DNA from: Neophaeotheca triangularis
Lineage: Eukaryota
Direction: 5' to 3'
Length of the DNA: 64,000 nucleotides
NCBI GenBank assembly: GCA_054600435.1
Contig: BAAIJX010000024.1
Coordinates: forward strand, 124,001 to 188,000
Positions 23,318 to 35,887 of the stretch are shown piece after piece; within the stretch, counting starts at the first letter, position 1; the number at the start of each line of letters is the position of its first letter. A model generated the notes under the pieces. That model saw nothing but the letters and a program-made list of their open reading frames with translations. It did no database searches and was not told the origin of the DNA. Position numbers and translations under genes: made by a program.

Positions 23318-24634
23318 ATGGCAACCATGACCCTCTCTAGACCTTCGGAAGCAAACCACAGACCCGCATACCTCGACAACCTTTTCAAGACGACACCAAC
23401 ATCGCCAGAGTCGAATCTGCACTCAACACAAAGCGTCCAGTCCGTACCGAGCCTACATACACACTCAGCCAACAGCAGTGTCTCCAACACGTCCTCGGAG
23501 GGACCCACGCCTCACTATCCACAAGAAGAGCCTCAATTCGCACTCGTCTCGGCCTTCGACGACAGCGACGACGATGATGCCTCTTCCGTACGCTCGCTTC
23601 GCGTCATGATGAGCCCTCGCACCGGCCTTCGATCCTTCTTCAGCCGCAAGACACGCCCACAACAAAGAACAAGCCCGCGTGTCAGCAGCGACGGCAGCAC
23701 TTCTTCCCAGACCACCCAACGGAGACCTACCCCCACAGCAGATACCCCGGAAGCAGCACGACCCTCGACCAGTGTCTCCCGCCGTCCCTCGTTTCCAAAA
23801 CTCCAACCGGCCGCGACTACCTCCAAAACCGCTTCCCCAAATACCACCCAAACCCTTCCGCCGCCGGCCCCGCAATCAATCCCATCAACCCCCGGCTCAT
23901 CATCAGCCCTCTCACCAGCCCACCTCAACAAGCCGCTCCCACCAACCACGAACCTGGCAACGGCCATGACCAGTGACTCCCAAATACCCAACCCCGCTCC
24001 CACCACGCGCACCAACCGCAAACCGTCCAAACAAATCTCCTTCAGTAAGCCCCTCCCCTCCCAACCGCCAGAAGCAACCGAAATGCTCCCGGCCGCCTCC
24101 ATCCCCACCCCACACCCACCACGGAAACAAAGCCTCTCGCGCAAACTCAGCGACGTAGCAATAGCGGCGACAGCGACAGCGACAGCCGCAGCAACCGCCA
24201 CACCACCCTCTCCATCACGACAACGCGCGTTCTCCAAGACCAATGCCCCTCCTTTACCGCCGCCGGAGGAGGAAGCTTCGAACCAGCTGAAATCGCAACG
24301 GTGCTATTACTTCGCCGCGAGGAATTGCCGGGGTTGGGTGCTGGGGGGACGGCATGGAGATGCTTGTGAGGGATGTAATGTGAGTTTGAACTCTTTTTTT
24401 TCCTTTTCTGTTTTTTCTTCCGTTCCATGCTTCAGTTGGGGGGAAAGATGGGGGAGGGGGGGCGGGGGGATTAGGAGACTTTCGTTCGGCTTTTCGTAAG
24501 CTTGATTTTGCGGCAACTGGATCGGTAAAATGGGACGCGTTGGTTCGAGGTCGCTTTCGCTTATCTGGTCTTCTTTTCTCCTCGCTGACTTTGGTCTCCC
24601 TTCACAGCAACTTGGGTATTTTGGCGCGCCTTGA
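23318..24634 (+). CDS. Uncharacterised Ser/Pro/Thr-rich protein with a C-terminal four-Cys motif; exons 23318-24379, 24608-24634
   Basis: A long low-complexity ORF ends in RCYYFAARNCRGWVLGGRHGDACEGCN. An intron (GTGAGT...GCTGAC...CAG) joins it to QLGYFGAP*. Confidence 0.7.
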
Positions 24635-25447
24635 CTGAGCTCGATGTTGTGTTGTGAGCTGCCAGCGAGCGGGAAGTGGTGGTACCGCTGTTCGTGGAGG
24701 ACTAGGACGCTGTAGCGCTCTGTGCGAGTTGGGGAGGGCGTCCGGGGTGGAAGGCGAGGACGGACGGGGCGAGAGTGGTATTGAGCCTACGGAGTTACGA
24801 GCGATTGACTGGCAGTGCTTGAGCTCGCGGAGCCTCCCGAATCATACTTGAGAGACTTTGGTTTCGGGACCGTGTCGCTAAGGCGGCACCCAGTCGGTCG
24901 GTCGGTGCTCTCGCGAATGGCGCCTTGACGGTCCATTGCCGCACGGCAGATTGTCATTGTCATGTATATGTGTATGTACGACGTTGCCGCAGCGCAAGGT
25001 GTCGACTAGAAGTCATGTCCCGTTTCCATGTTTGTACTCCCTTACGCTATGTATGCACGTTTCCTTCGCTGCACGTTCAAGGGCAAATGCGCTTTTTCGT
25101 GCATCGCATTGTTCCTCGCAAGTCACGCGATTCGAGCCCTTGGCTTTTTCTGGGTTTATCTCCCGGGTGCTTGCTGGGAGTTTTCTTGTGATGGTTTTGG
25201 CGGGTAGTCGTTCTCTGCGAGTGTGTCCTGCATTTTGTCCCTTTCGTTTGCCAGATGCCGTGGGCTGTCCAGATCAGTCCGCACAGCTGTCTCTGGCATA
25301 ATCCGGAACGTCCATCATCCCTCTGAAGCATCGCTCTGCTTTCGGAGATGGCAACAGCGAGCGATATCTCTGCCGCACCATCCGACAACCACAGCAATCA
25401 ACAAAAGGTGCCAGATATCCACACATCTCAACCAAACCCAGCAACAC

Positions 25448-26275
25448 TCACCCCAACTCAACAACCTCATTCCGCTCCTCGACCAACCCCAGCAACGGCG
25501 CCAACGCGTCCGGATCCCTAAACGCCTCGGCCACATTCTCCCGCCCCCGCCTCAACTCGTCCGCCAAACCCGCATACTCCCCCTCCTTGGCCGTATACTG
25601 CCTGACGACCCTCCCGAGCGCAAACTCGACATAAACCCGCGTCTCCCGCAACCGCACCACGACGCCATCCAACCTCAAGAAGAACCGACTCAGCACCAGC
25701 AAGCGCTCGGGCATGACGCGGATCTTGACCGCCAGCAGCGCGATGCCGTTGTCCGCCAGCTCGTCCTCGTACAAGTCGACGGAATCGAAAAAAAGTATCG
25801 GATCCGGTCTCCTCAGCAAATCGGTACGGATGACGGGGGGGGCCTCGTCGTCGCCGCCGGAGGTGGTCGGCCGCCAGCTCCCGCTCTCCGCCCCGCTCGT
25901 ACTCCCGCGGTAATCGGTACTGTAACTCCAATCGAACGGGCGCACGACCCTGCGCACGTCGTCGGCCTCGATGGTGCTCTCGCGCGTCTTCTTCCACTCC
26001 CCGGCCACGGCGACTTGCAGCATGCCCTCTTCGGTCTTGGAGACGCGGTCGAGGGCGTCGCGGGCGTTGAAGCCGAGCTTCCAGCCCGTGGGGACGTGTT
26101 CGATGGCGACGTGGTTGTCGCCGAAGATCATTTCCGGTATCGGGATCTGTATGTCTTCCGAGAGGGCTTCGATGGGGCCGGCTTTGAGGATGGCGTGTTT
26201 GGCGGTCGTGATGCGCCAGGGATATTTCGGGTGGGTGAAGACTTGGATGCCCGGGGCGGGTTGCTGGGTGGCCAT
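25448..26275 (-). CDS. TIP41: Type 2A phosphatase activator Tip41/TIPRL
   Basis: Contains IPIPEMIFGDN, FNARDALDRV, VRPFDWSYSTDYRG, PILFFDSVDLYEDELADNGI, KIRVMP and RFFLRLDGVVVRLRETRVYVEF. Confidence 0.95.
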   Translation of the reverse strand: MATQQPAPGIQVFTHPKYPWRITTAKHAILKAGPIEALSEDIQIPIPEMIFGDNHVAIEHVPTGWKLGFNARDALDRVSKTEEGMLQVAVAGEWKKTRESTIEADDVRRVVRPFDWSYSTDYRGSTSGAESGSWRPTTSGGDDEAPPVIRTDLLRRPDPILFFDSVDLYEDELADNGIALLAVKIRVMPERLLVLSRFFLRLDGVVVRLRETRVYVEFALGRVVRQYTAKEGEYAGLADELRRGRENVAEAFRDPDALAPLLGLVEERNEVVELG

Positions 26276-26689
26276 GTTGGTTGGTTGGTGTTTCAACGGT
26301 CTTGGTGTGTGGTTGAGTTTTGTGGTGAAGCTGTGTTTGACGACTGAGCTTGAGAGCTTTGAGCTTTCATGTGATGCTTTCGAGAGCTCCACTGTCCGAG
26401 CTTCATCCGGGGTTTTAAGATGCCACTCGATATACATATAACAAGGCGAACATAACTTTTCGATCGACGAGATGAGGTAGAGCAGAAGTCAATCCCGAAT
26501 TACATTGTTCAATCCGACAGTACGTCTAGAAACAGGCTATGTGTACATTCAATGCAACTACGGTGCCTACACAATTTGTCCCACAGTCCCCTCGGATATC
26601 AAAAGAAATGAGAAAATAAAAATATTGGTATCTTGTCGCTCTCCCAGACTCCAGAAAAGGGAAACGACAAGACAAAACAAAAAAAAGAC

Positions 26690-28673
26690 TCAAGCACATC
26701 CGACAGCGTGATGCAAACCCATCTCCCTCAACATCTGCGCCTTACCAGCGCGCACGAATTTCGGCCTGAAAACGCAATCATCAGCACAAGCACTCCGGCA
26801 AGAATACTTCAGTAGTAGTAAGTGTGGGTTCAAACTCACCAGGTATTCGTCAAAACCAAGTACTTGATACTCGCCTCAGCGGCATCAAAAACCTCGACAT
26901 CAAAGTCCGGTCCAATGCACTCGGCGGCAGCAGCGACAACGGGACCCAGATCGGTCTCGCCAACGACACCCGCCGGGCTGAAATCGAGGACTTTGACCTC
27001 GTGCTCGTCTTCCTCGTTGCGGGATATCGTCTGGTCACCGTTGTTGGAAGACGATGGCAACGACACTTCAGTCCAGCCGAGCTGCTTGGTCTCCCAGCCC
27101 CCCTTTCCGACACCACCAGTCTTGGCCGTCAAGGCGATGCGGTCGAAAGTCTCCTCTGTGCTCGGTTGCTTGAGGTCGAACATGGCGTCGAAATCGTCGG
27201 AACCGGCGTGGGAAGAGTTTCGGGTTTTGGTCTCTTCAGGCAGAGCGTGCTCGAAGACGGCGTCGAGCTTTGATCGGACCGAGTGTTCGATGTTGATGGG
27301 AAATTCGGCCGTGCTGTCGTGCACGCAGGTCGTGTAGGTTTCCAGACCTTTGCGGAAGAGTTGCGTGCGGGCTTCAGCGGTGAGCTCGTGTTTCGAACCT
27401 AGCACGCGAGGGCTATGGCTCCAGGTTTGACGCCAGTCTTTGACGCGCAAGAGGAAGATGATGTTTTCGGCTGTGAAGTCTTTGGTTGCGGCGAAGTGGA
27501 GGAGCGGCATTGGATTCACTGAGAGTGCCTTTTCAAGCGATGCCATGGCGTAGATTTCTTTGCTGCGGGTCGAATCGTCGTTGCTGCTGGGATGACTACT
27601 TCGCGATGAATCGCCGTAGGAGGATCCCTTGCCGGTGTCGTTTGAGTCGTACTGAGAATCAGAGTGGGCGGCGCGTTTGGCTTCCCACGTCTTGATGGCG
27701 CGGAGGGTGACGCCCATTTGGACGCGGTTTCGGTAGGCTTCGTACATGGGAAAGAAGATGGTGACGACTTGCATAACGATTATGCCTGGTGCGAGCCTAA
27801 TTTGTGTCAGTTGTCGCCATCTAATATAGACATGTTAAAAGACAATACTAACCACATCGGAGGCACCCACCAAGGGTTGACCAATTTGAAACCCGTCGAA
27901 TAGACGGACGCACACCAGAGAGGAGCGCCAGGAAGACCAGATACAACGCTCAACCAGACACCCAATCGCCAGTAGTGCACGTCGTGAATATCGCGAATCT
28001 TGAAGAGAATATAAGGTCCGTAAAGCCAAGACCAGGACATTTGCCAAAAAGCCGATGGGATCCAGACGTAAGACCCCCGGCACTTGACCTGGCCTTTGCT
28101 GTGAGGGATGTCGCCATAGCTGGTCCAATCGCCTTGGAGTTCCGGTGTTGTTCCATACAGTACAGCAGTGATGACGAGCTGCACGAACATGCCGATGCCA
28201 ATGTAGACGTATGATTGCTGTATTTTCGGTAGAGCGCTCCATGACCGCCAGAGCCTGCGGGGGCTACGCAAGGTAGTCGACAGTGATACGCTGCGGATGG
28301 AGCCACCCGAGGACATGAGGGTGCGTTGTTGATCGCTGATGCTACGTAGCTGCATGAGGTTGGCCTGGAAGAGAGCGATGCCAAACGGAAGGTAGATGCT
28401 CATGATCCAGAACTCGGCGCTGCATGAGAAGTGGCCATTCGTGGTGTAAGCCAGGAAGATCTTGACGAGGTAGACATGAAGGAAAGTGACGCTGACGACG
28501 GCGATGGGCACATTGCGGATGCGAATGTACGGCAGCTTACGGTGGAGGATGAACCAAAAGACACCGCTGTAGAGGATGATGGTCCAGGCGATTATGAAGG
28601 CTGTGTAAGCGATGCCCAAGTCGTCCCAGTTGACGAGGGAGCCCCAGTCGCGGCCCTTGGGGTTGAGTCCCAT
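26690..28673 (-). CDS. gprK: Seven-TM receptor with C-terminal RGS domain (GprK-type, class VI fungal GPCR); exons 28673-27853, 27796-26840, 26765-26690
   Basis: The TM region has CSAEFWIMSIYLPFGIALFQ and IRDIHDVHYWR. The RGS region has LLHFAATKDFTAENIIFL, AEFPINIE and VFDAAEASIKYLVLTNTW|PKFV. Both introns are canonical. Confidence 0.88.
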
Positions 28674-30817
28674 TTTTGCAAAGGTCTTGGATTAAAGTGT
28701 TGAGATGGACGGAAGCAAGGGGAAAAAGAGAAGGTGGCCAAGTGACGGTTTGGAGGCGCAACAGATGAGCAAACTTTTTTGAGGCTTGAAGGGCGGCGCT
28801 CTGGGGGTTACTTGAACGTCTTGCTGGTTTCCTGCCGCATGGACGGTCCAAGCGACAGATACCTAGGTATTGCTGGTTTTGAGGATTTATGAGAAAGCGG
28901 CAAAAGGGTGCTCCGGGCTTCGAATTGTCTTGGGATATTGCAAACGCATGGCGGTGCTACCTGAAGCGACGCCCTGTAGTCTGGAAATGGGAAGGGGCCA
29001 AAAGTTTGAGAAAGCAGCAAGGGAAGATGCAGTCAGTTTCTACACCTCACAGTAGTAGTAACTTCCACAGCCTGTCCACAGCCGTCCATCATGTCAAGAA
29101 GGTTAATAAGTCAAGTTACTCAACATGGAACAGCGTGCGGGTCGCGTGCGGGCGCCGTTCGGAAGGCATCTTCATTGGATTTGGCATGGATGCTTGTGGT
29201 TGGATGCTTCGACGCCACCTTGTCGTCGATGGCGAAGCCTAGCCCGAGTCCCCACTGGAGGGTGAGAAGGGCGCAGGACGAATGCGGCAGAGCTTGCATA
29301 TAGATAGTAACTAGTGCGGCGTGCCTAGGAAGACGTCTCGTCGTTGGTCGTTGTACGACCTTGAAACGCAGAGGCCGAGGAAGTGCTCTCGCGTGGCGCC
29401 GTTAAGCTGAGGTGTGCTCCTGCGGGATCGTCAGATTTATTCGATTCGAGCTCGAGCACTGCGAATCGTCAGACGTTAAGCCCAGGCAGGTACCGTACCT
29501 ACTGTAATGTTGTTAGTTGGTACTGTTACTGTTAGGTACCGACTGGGCGGTCGGCCCGGTCGTGCTTAGATCTGTCTCTCCATATGCTCGGGTTGGCTGA
29601 CTGTTAACATGACCGGGATACAGCTCTGGAGTAAGTACTTGCAGGATTGATTGATTCATATTGATTCGAATCAACATTATTAGTCGACACACTGCCTCAC
29701 CTATCTCACTCTCGCTTTCACTACTATCTGCATCTGTATCCCGGCGAGCTCGGTCAAGGATACGGCATGGTTCTCCTTTGTCCACGGCAGGATCCGGCCT
29801 CATAAGGTATGTAGTCGAACTTTCGTATATGTAGGTAATGGATTTGCTCGAGATAAGCGGGGCTCATCAAGAATTAAACTTATTAAAACACCGCGGCGAC
29901 CCTTTGCCCGTATTTGATTGATGGGTCGCACAAGTACCCTCCAATTCTGAACACTACCTAGGTACTGCATGGGTGTGTATGCAGCCTCGGCTGATGCTGG
30001 CCACGCTCCCCTCCCGTCTATGATTTCCGTTTCCGCTTCCTCAGCCGGCGGCAATTGATGACATGTCACGGATTGGCGAGAGGCCGCTCCAAGGTGGCAG
30101 TGAATGACTAGCTGAAGATGCTGCTTGCCCGGAGAGTATTATTGAGTTTGTCTCAGTACAAGGTAAGGTAGTGATCTGGTCCTGTCGATGGCACGTATGG
30201 AGAGGCCAGCTTCTCAGCTTCCACTCCCTCTGATCGAGTGTCGAGTGTCGCTTCTAGGGTGAGGGTTTGGTTGACTCGGTTTGCTCCGGGAGACGGTATC
30301 TAGATAAACCACTACAACGCATGCAACGATCAATCGGTGCCATGGCTGCAAAGATGATGATATCTCGTGTTTCCAGCTACGCTAGCGTCGCCGGATTAGA
30401 GCATTTGGTTTCATCATGCAGTTCTACAAAATACATACACCAACCTACAACCGGCTGAATTCTATTTCAAAGGGTTAAAAGGGGCTTGATCGCGAGACCG
30501 AGGTCAACAAAGGCGAGTCCATCAAGTTCCTCCGTCTTCCAAACTCACGAGCAACTGCAATGTAGATATATACTGCGACCATGACCATCGCCACTGGAGC
30601 GGCGAGCCCGAACCCTTCTCCGCAACGTCCAAAAACTTCATCTCACGAAACCCCAATTGTTCAGGGGCACCGAATTCAACAACACCAAAATCTCTTTTAA
30701 CCTGTAATCCTACCTCCTCTCTCGCAGCAGCCGCCTCGCCTTCAGAAGTGGTCCTTTCGGCCTGTCCGTCGTGCAGCTCCGACCCTCGGCCACCAACACG
30801 AACAACACAACCATCCA

Positions 30818-31640
30818 TCAGCGGGTCGGGCGAGCGAGTCGTCTGCAGCGTGCTTCAGGCACAAAATCCGAGCCAGCGAACAGGCTCACTCTACTCGCAA
30901 CGGAGCTCCGTTTCCTCGGCAGCGTGCCCCTGAGCTCCGTCACCGCGAAGGCGAGAGTACTAAGCAGCACCATCGCGCCTAGCATGGCCCAGGAGCGCGA
31001 GCTTAGACGCCCGCTCGACCGTCGGTGACCATGGACTATGTGCATCGAATAGTCGATATTACAAATGACGGCCGCTGTCTTATGAAGTTTGGGATTCGAT
31101 TCCTCGAGAAGCCTGTCTCTGAACTTATGCACGGGGTTGGGTACCATCAGGAAGGGTTGGCCAAGGGTGAAGTTGACTACCTACAAAGCGTACCGAAAAT
31201 CCAGGTGTTTTTCTCGATCTCGGATGGATTGGCCGTGGCGTCGTCGCTGACTCTTGAGAGAGCATCTGACCGGCATGAAGTGGGCTGCCAGCTAGCGCAA
31301 TCCTCGCTGCAGGATTTGTTGTTTGTCGCACTGTTGATGAACGGTAAGTCGTTCTCGTTAGTGCTCAGCATTCACTTGGCCTTTACCCAGCTCTTGCCAT
31401 GGCTGCATCAGCTTGCACTGATATTCGACCTGGCGCCAGAGTGCAAGGCCGCAGACCAGCACGGCGGTCGGGCCGTAAGTCCATGCGTAATGATATGTCG
31501 ACATAACCGGTGTAAAAGCCGTGGGTAAGCGTTGTCGGTGATTGCTAGAACGATTGGCGATGCGGCCGTGCATGCGAATAGAGCGGCCCGGGCGAACAGA
31601 GAGGGTCGGGCGCAGCCAGGCTGGTTTCCAAACAGATATA
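30818..31640 (-). pseudogene. Degraded DUF3433-like membrane protein gene
   Basis: Fragments in order: WKPAWLRPT, then LFARAALFACTAASPIVL in another frame, then YHYAWTYGPTAVLVCGLALWRQVEYQCKLMQPWQELGKG...AEH*, and further down MLGAMVLLSTLAFAVTELRGTLPRKRSSVASRVSLFAGSD. They are separated by frameshifts and a stop. Confidence 0.65.
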
Positions 31641-32636
31641 TTCCGACTTGTTTAGGTGTTGCTGTTACTCCGACAACCGGTTTCGCGCCTGCGATGCTCG
31701 ACGTTCCTTGCTCGGGGGCGGCGAGAGGAGGCTGGCGGCATCGTCATGGCTTCTTGTCTCGCGTTCGACCTCGCCACGACTCCTGGGACGATCAATCGCA
31801 ACAGACCGGTGCGAGGGTGAAGGAGATGGGGATGGAGGGAGAGGCAGCACGCTTTGCGAGCGGCGGGATGTTGTCCATCTGCACGTGTAGCATTTATATG
31901 GCATGCTGGCGAATGGATGAGCTTGCGGTGCGAGGCACAGCCTAACGCAGCTCACCGGTCAAATGTAGACTGCCATGTGCGTCCGACTTCCAGTGCGACA
32001 AGGCCAGGTACCTAGGTAGCGAGGCTGCGGTATGTAGAGCTGCAGAGACGGCGCTGAGAGATATGTATATATGCAGCCAGTATACTCTGTACAAGATAGG
32101 ATGCTACCTTAATGGGTATATCAGCTAGCTTTTGTCTGATTTTAAGAGGTAGAGCGCAGCTGCCACGCTTGAAGGTGAGTGTCTAACCAACATTCCTCCG
32201 ATCGGCTTAGAAGGCAGATTCTTAGGAGAGAAGCTCGAGCCGGCGAGAGGTACCCTAGGAGGTAGGAGATACGACATACGGTAGACAAGGTAGCATTTGT
32301 GCTTGTGGAGTATCGCACAGCTGGTCTGGTCGAGATATATAGACCCTCTACCACCAGCCCCGCCACGCCGTTCCCCTCGCTCGCAACCACCCTCCATCGT
32401 CCTTCGCCCAAAAGGAGTTTGTCTGATGAAACGCCTTCTCGCGGCCAGCAAAGTAGATTGGCCGATAGGTCCATCAGATGGAGAGAAAATGCCCACAATA
32501 GGAGGAAACCCCAGCTTTCCCAACATTGAGCGACCTGACCCCCCCCCAAAAAAAAGGCCAACCAACTATCTCATACCAGCCCCCTCACGCCCTTACGCTA
32601 CCACCCCCTCCTCCAAACCCACCCATCCTCCCCTCC

Positions 32637-33200
32637 CTACCTTCTCCCCATCTCCACCTCCTCAGCCCTCCCCCCATCCCCATCCCCATCACTCCCATTC
32701 CTCCACCTCTTCTTCCTCCTCTCCTCCTCCTCCTCCTCCTCATCCCTCCTCCTCTTCTTCTTCTTCCGCTTATTCTTCCTCCGCCTCCACTCGCACCCCG
32801 CTATCCCGGCGCCTACGGCCACTGCCGCGACCACTCCAACGCCTATACCCGCTTTGGCACCCGTGGAGAGGCCATCGTCGTCATCGTCATCGTCCGAGTC
32901 GGAGTCGGAATCGTCGTCGTCGTCGTTTTGACGGGAGCGGAGGCGGCGTTTCCCGCTCGCAGCACGCGCTGGCGCGACTTCTACTACAGCCGGCGGCGTG
33001 GGAGCCGCTGTGATCAATGTTGTTGCTGCTGTGGGGGTTCCGCACTCTACCGCGCCGTCGCTAGCTTGGTGGCAATTCTGGCGCGCGCGAGCGGGGTTTG
33101 CCGCGAGCGCAAGTTGGGGCGAACATGCCAGCAGCAGGAGCAGGAGAGCTTGCTGGGTTGTCGGGGTGGTTGGAGATTGCCCCGGTTGGAGGGTACGCAT
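32637..33200 (-). CDS. Small single-pass type I membrane protein (Mid2-like TM)
   Basis: A signal-like segment (ALLLLLLACSPQLALA) is followed by an acidic D-rich tract, the TM segment GLSTGAKAGIGVGVVAAVAVGAGIAG and a basic stop-transfer RRRKNKRKKKK. Confidence 0.55.
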   Translation of the reverse strand: MRTLQPGQSPTTPTTQQALLLLLLACSPQLALAANPARARQNCHQASDGAVECGTPTAATTLITAAPTPPAVVEVAPARAASGKRRLRSRQNDDDDDSDSDSDDDDDDDGLSTGAKAGIGVGVVAAVAVGAGIAGCEWRRRKNKRKKKKRRRDEEEEEEERRKKRWRNGSDGDGDGGRAEEVEMGRR

Positions 33201-34128
33201 CGCGGCGAAACTACGTAGCAGAACGCCCCTAAGGTATGGATGTGTGGGGGAATGCCCGTGGGGAAGGGGAATCGCAGGTGCGAATTCAAAAGTAAGGGGA
33301 GACTGCATCCCTTCTATATGCCTGCTCCTACCTACCTCGTCTCCTTCTCCCTCAACCGACCCGTCCTGGGCATTACCAACGCCCAGCCGGCCTACGACGC
33401 TCGAAGGGCATGATCCAAGCAAGGAAAAGTAAGTTCCAAGATACTGGATCTTGCGAAAGGAAGTTCGGCACGTCTGTGGCTTGCCCAGCGAGCCTGGCAC
33501 TTCTACGCCAAGGTCTGCCCGTATCGTATCGTATAGTATCGCGTCCTTCTGATGGCGCCAATGGTTCGATCGTTGGCTTGTGGTGGTTGCTGTACACCTG
33601 GGCATCTATTTCGACTGGACATTGAGGGTGTGCGGGAGTTGCGGAGGGAGTTTGGAGGACTCGTGATATTATGTGCTGTGCCCAGGATAGCAGCTAATAA
33701 TAATGCTCTCCCCTCCAGGTCTTGGCCCTCGGCGACTGAACGACCTGGAGTCAAGCCTCCGGGTTGTCAATGAGGATGTAGGAATGGTAGGTTGATAGCG
33801 TGACCCGAAACACACGCTTCTGGTACAGTACATATCTCTATGAATACAAAATGGTCGCCGAATGCTCACAAGCCCCCCTCCGTACATGCAAAACCAAAAA
33901 CGTAATGTAACTCAAAGACCCGAATGTGCCGTCGATCTATCGTATATGCCAGACAGAGAAGAAAACGCCGTAACGGCCCCATCATGCATAAACGCTACTC
34001 GTGCAGCCCCAGAAACCAGATCAACACAAGTACGCTATGCAAACACACTTCTCGCACCCAAAATCCACTTTTCCCCCATTCCCACACCCATTATCCCCTC
34101 GCAACCGAACCCCATTACCCCCTCTATT

Positions 34129-35156
34129 CTATTCCAAGCCCTCCATAACCCTCCCCCGGAGCGCATTGTTAACAACACCCCCGACCCCAAAAGCAGGCAC
34201 GATCCTACACATGCGAGCCAAACTGCTCTTCAACCAGTCAACCCTGACCTTCCTCAACCGCTCGCTCACCGGCGTCCCGCCATTGCGATTATACAAATCC
34301 AGCCCGTACAAATGCAGCGGCGTCGAGAGGAGCTGTATCGCCGCCGGAGCCAAGAACTGCGCCGCCGAAGCTCGCGTAACGTGGCGTTCCATGCTCTCGG
34401 TGAAGGGGAGGTGCGGGCCGAGGATTTGGGGGAGGTTGAAAGATGCGAAGATGGTCAGGCAATCGCGGGCTGCGAACAGGAAGTATGAGGGCATCGGGAC
34501 GGGGCGGGCGGACGTCGTGCCGAACATGCGCGTGAATTGCGAGTCTTTGTATAAGCAGAGGGAGAGGTTTGCGGCCGAGGTGGCGACGAATTTCGAGGGG
34601 CCGCTGCTGCGGTAGGAGGCGACTTTCGACTCGGTGGTGGACTTGAAGGTGTCTAGGGTGTTGGCTGTGAGGTAGGTGCCGCTGTAGAGGGCGAAAATGA
34701 GGGCGAAGGGGCGGGAGAGGAGGAAGTTGTGGGGGCGGAATAGGAGGGTCGTGAAAGACGCCCGGATCGAGGCCATGAGGGGCCGGGCGCCGGACGCGTT
34801 TTCGATGATGGCTCTGTACATTCTCGTCAGCTTGGCCACGTCTCTAGTCTGCAGAGGGGAGGCATTTCATACTTGTCGATAAGCGTGATAATAGGCGCAA
34901 CGACACCACCTGCAACCGCAGCAGCTCCCGCATCCCCCATGAGCCTCCCACCGAGGTTCTTCGTATTCCACGCCTTGGCCTCTTTAACGCCAGGTATCAG
35001 TCCCTGAAAGCCATTCCTGTCCACGACCGGCGGGGCACCGACAGAAGCCGTTGTAGTAGTAGTAGCTGGGGCAGTGTTACTGTCTCTTCCTCTCGCCAAC
35101 TCATGATTACTCCTCGCCGACACCACTGGCGCCGGCTCTCCGGCTTCTGCACCCAT
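34129..35156 (-). CDS. Uncharacterised conserved fungal membrane protein, possibly distantly sideroflexin/mitochondrial-carrier-like; exons 35156-34873, 34813-34129
   Basis: The spliced ORF reads WNTKNLGGRLMGD...APIITLIDK|AIIENASG...TYLTAN...SYFLFAARDCLTIFASFNLP...STPLHLYGLDLYNR...RIVPAFGVGGVVN. The intron runs GTATGA...CAG. The family call is tentative. Confidence 0.7.
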
Positions 35157-35887
35157 ACTCGTTTGAACCTAGGTAGCGGGTCTGGCGCATTGATGAGACA
35201 CGCCGTGCGCGTCAAACCGAATAATCAAATCGGATCGATAAAATCCGGGTAGAGGAAGAGGAGGAAACGAAGGGCTTTGTCCTGGCGGAAGGAAGGGGAT
35301 TGGTGTTAGACGGACCGTCCCAAGGAAATGCAAAGTAATGACAAGACGACCTCCTCACCTATCTATCCTGCTTGACTCCGTGGAAGAGGAAGCTGATGTG
35401 TAATGACGAGCAAAGTGTAAAGGTACAACCAAGCCACAAGGTAGTTCGTTACAAAGCCCGGAGCGGCTTTTGATGTGCTCCGAAATCGGACAGAGCTGTG
35501 CCGTCTGACGAAACCCCCAAATCTTCCCAAGCTTGACTTGCGTTGAGAAAGCTGGAAAGTCATGAAAACCAAACAACGGAGCAGGTGGTGCTGGGACTCA
35601 CCCTTTCAAACCCACGATTGAGAGATAAATCATCCGTCAATCAAAGATAGAATCGCTCATCTACGGCTCTTCAGGAGCGCATCCTACGACAAGACTACGC
35701 AACCAAAGCTCCCATCACGGCAATTCCCTCACCTTACCCAGTGCCGTTCAAAAGCATGAACTAAACAAAACGCCATCGTAGCTCATCCATGCGCGCAACG
35801 CTGTTCGTACCCAAAATCCAAATGATACCCCGTAAAACCGTCAATCACCATCCTTCCTGTGCCATCTTACCTGCAATGCACAGCACT

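Noticed and set aside
1999..26275. MOB4 and TIP41 as a PP2A-regulator cluster
   Set aside because: They are about 22 kb apart with unrelated genes between them, so probably coincidence.
25223..26347. 374-aa plus-strand ORF
   Set aside because: Antisense shadow of TIP41, caused by GC-rich codon bias.
32297..33218. Pro/Ser-rich plus-strand ORFs (238 and 230 aa)
   Set aside because: Antisense to the small membrane-protein gene and produced by low-complexity purine tracts.
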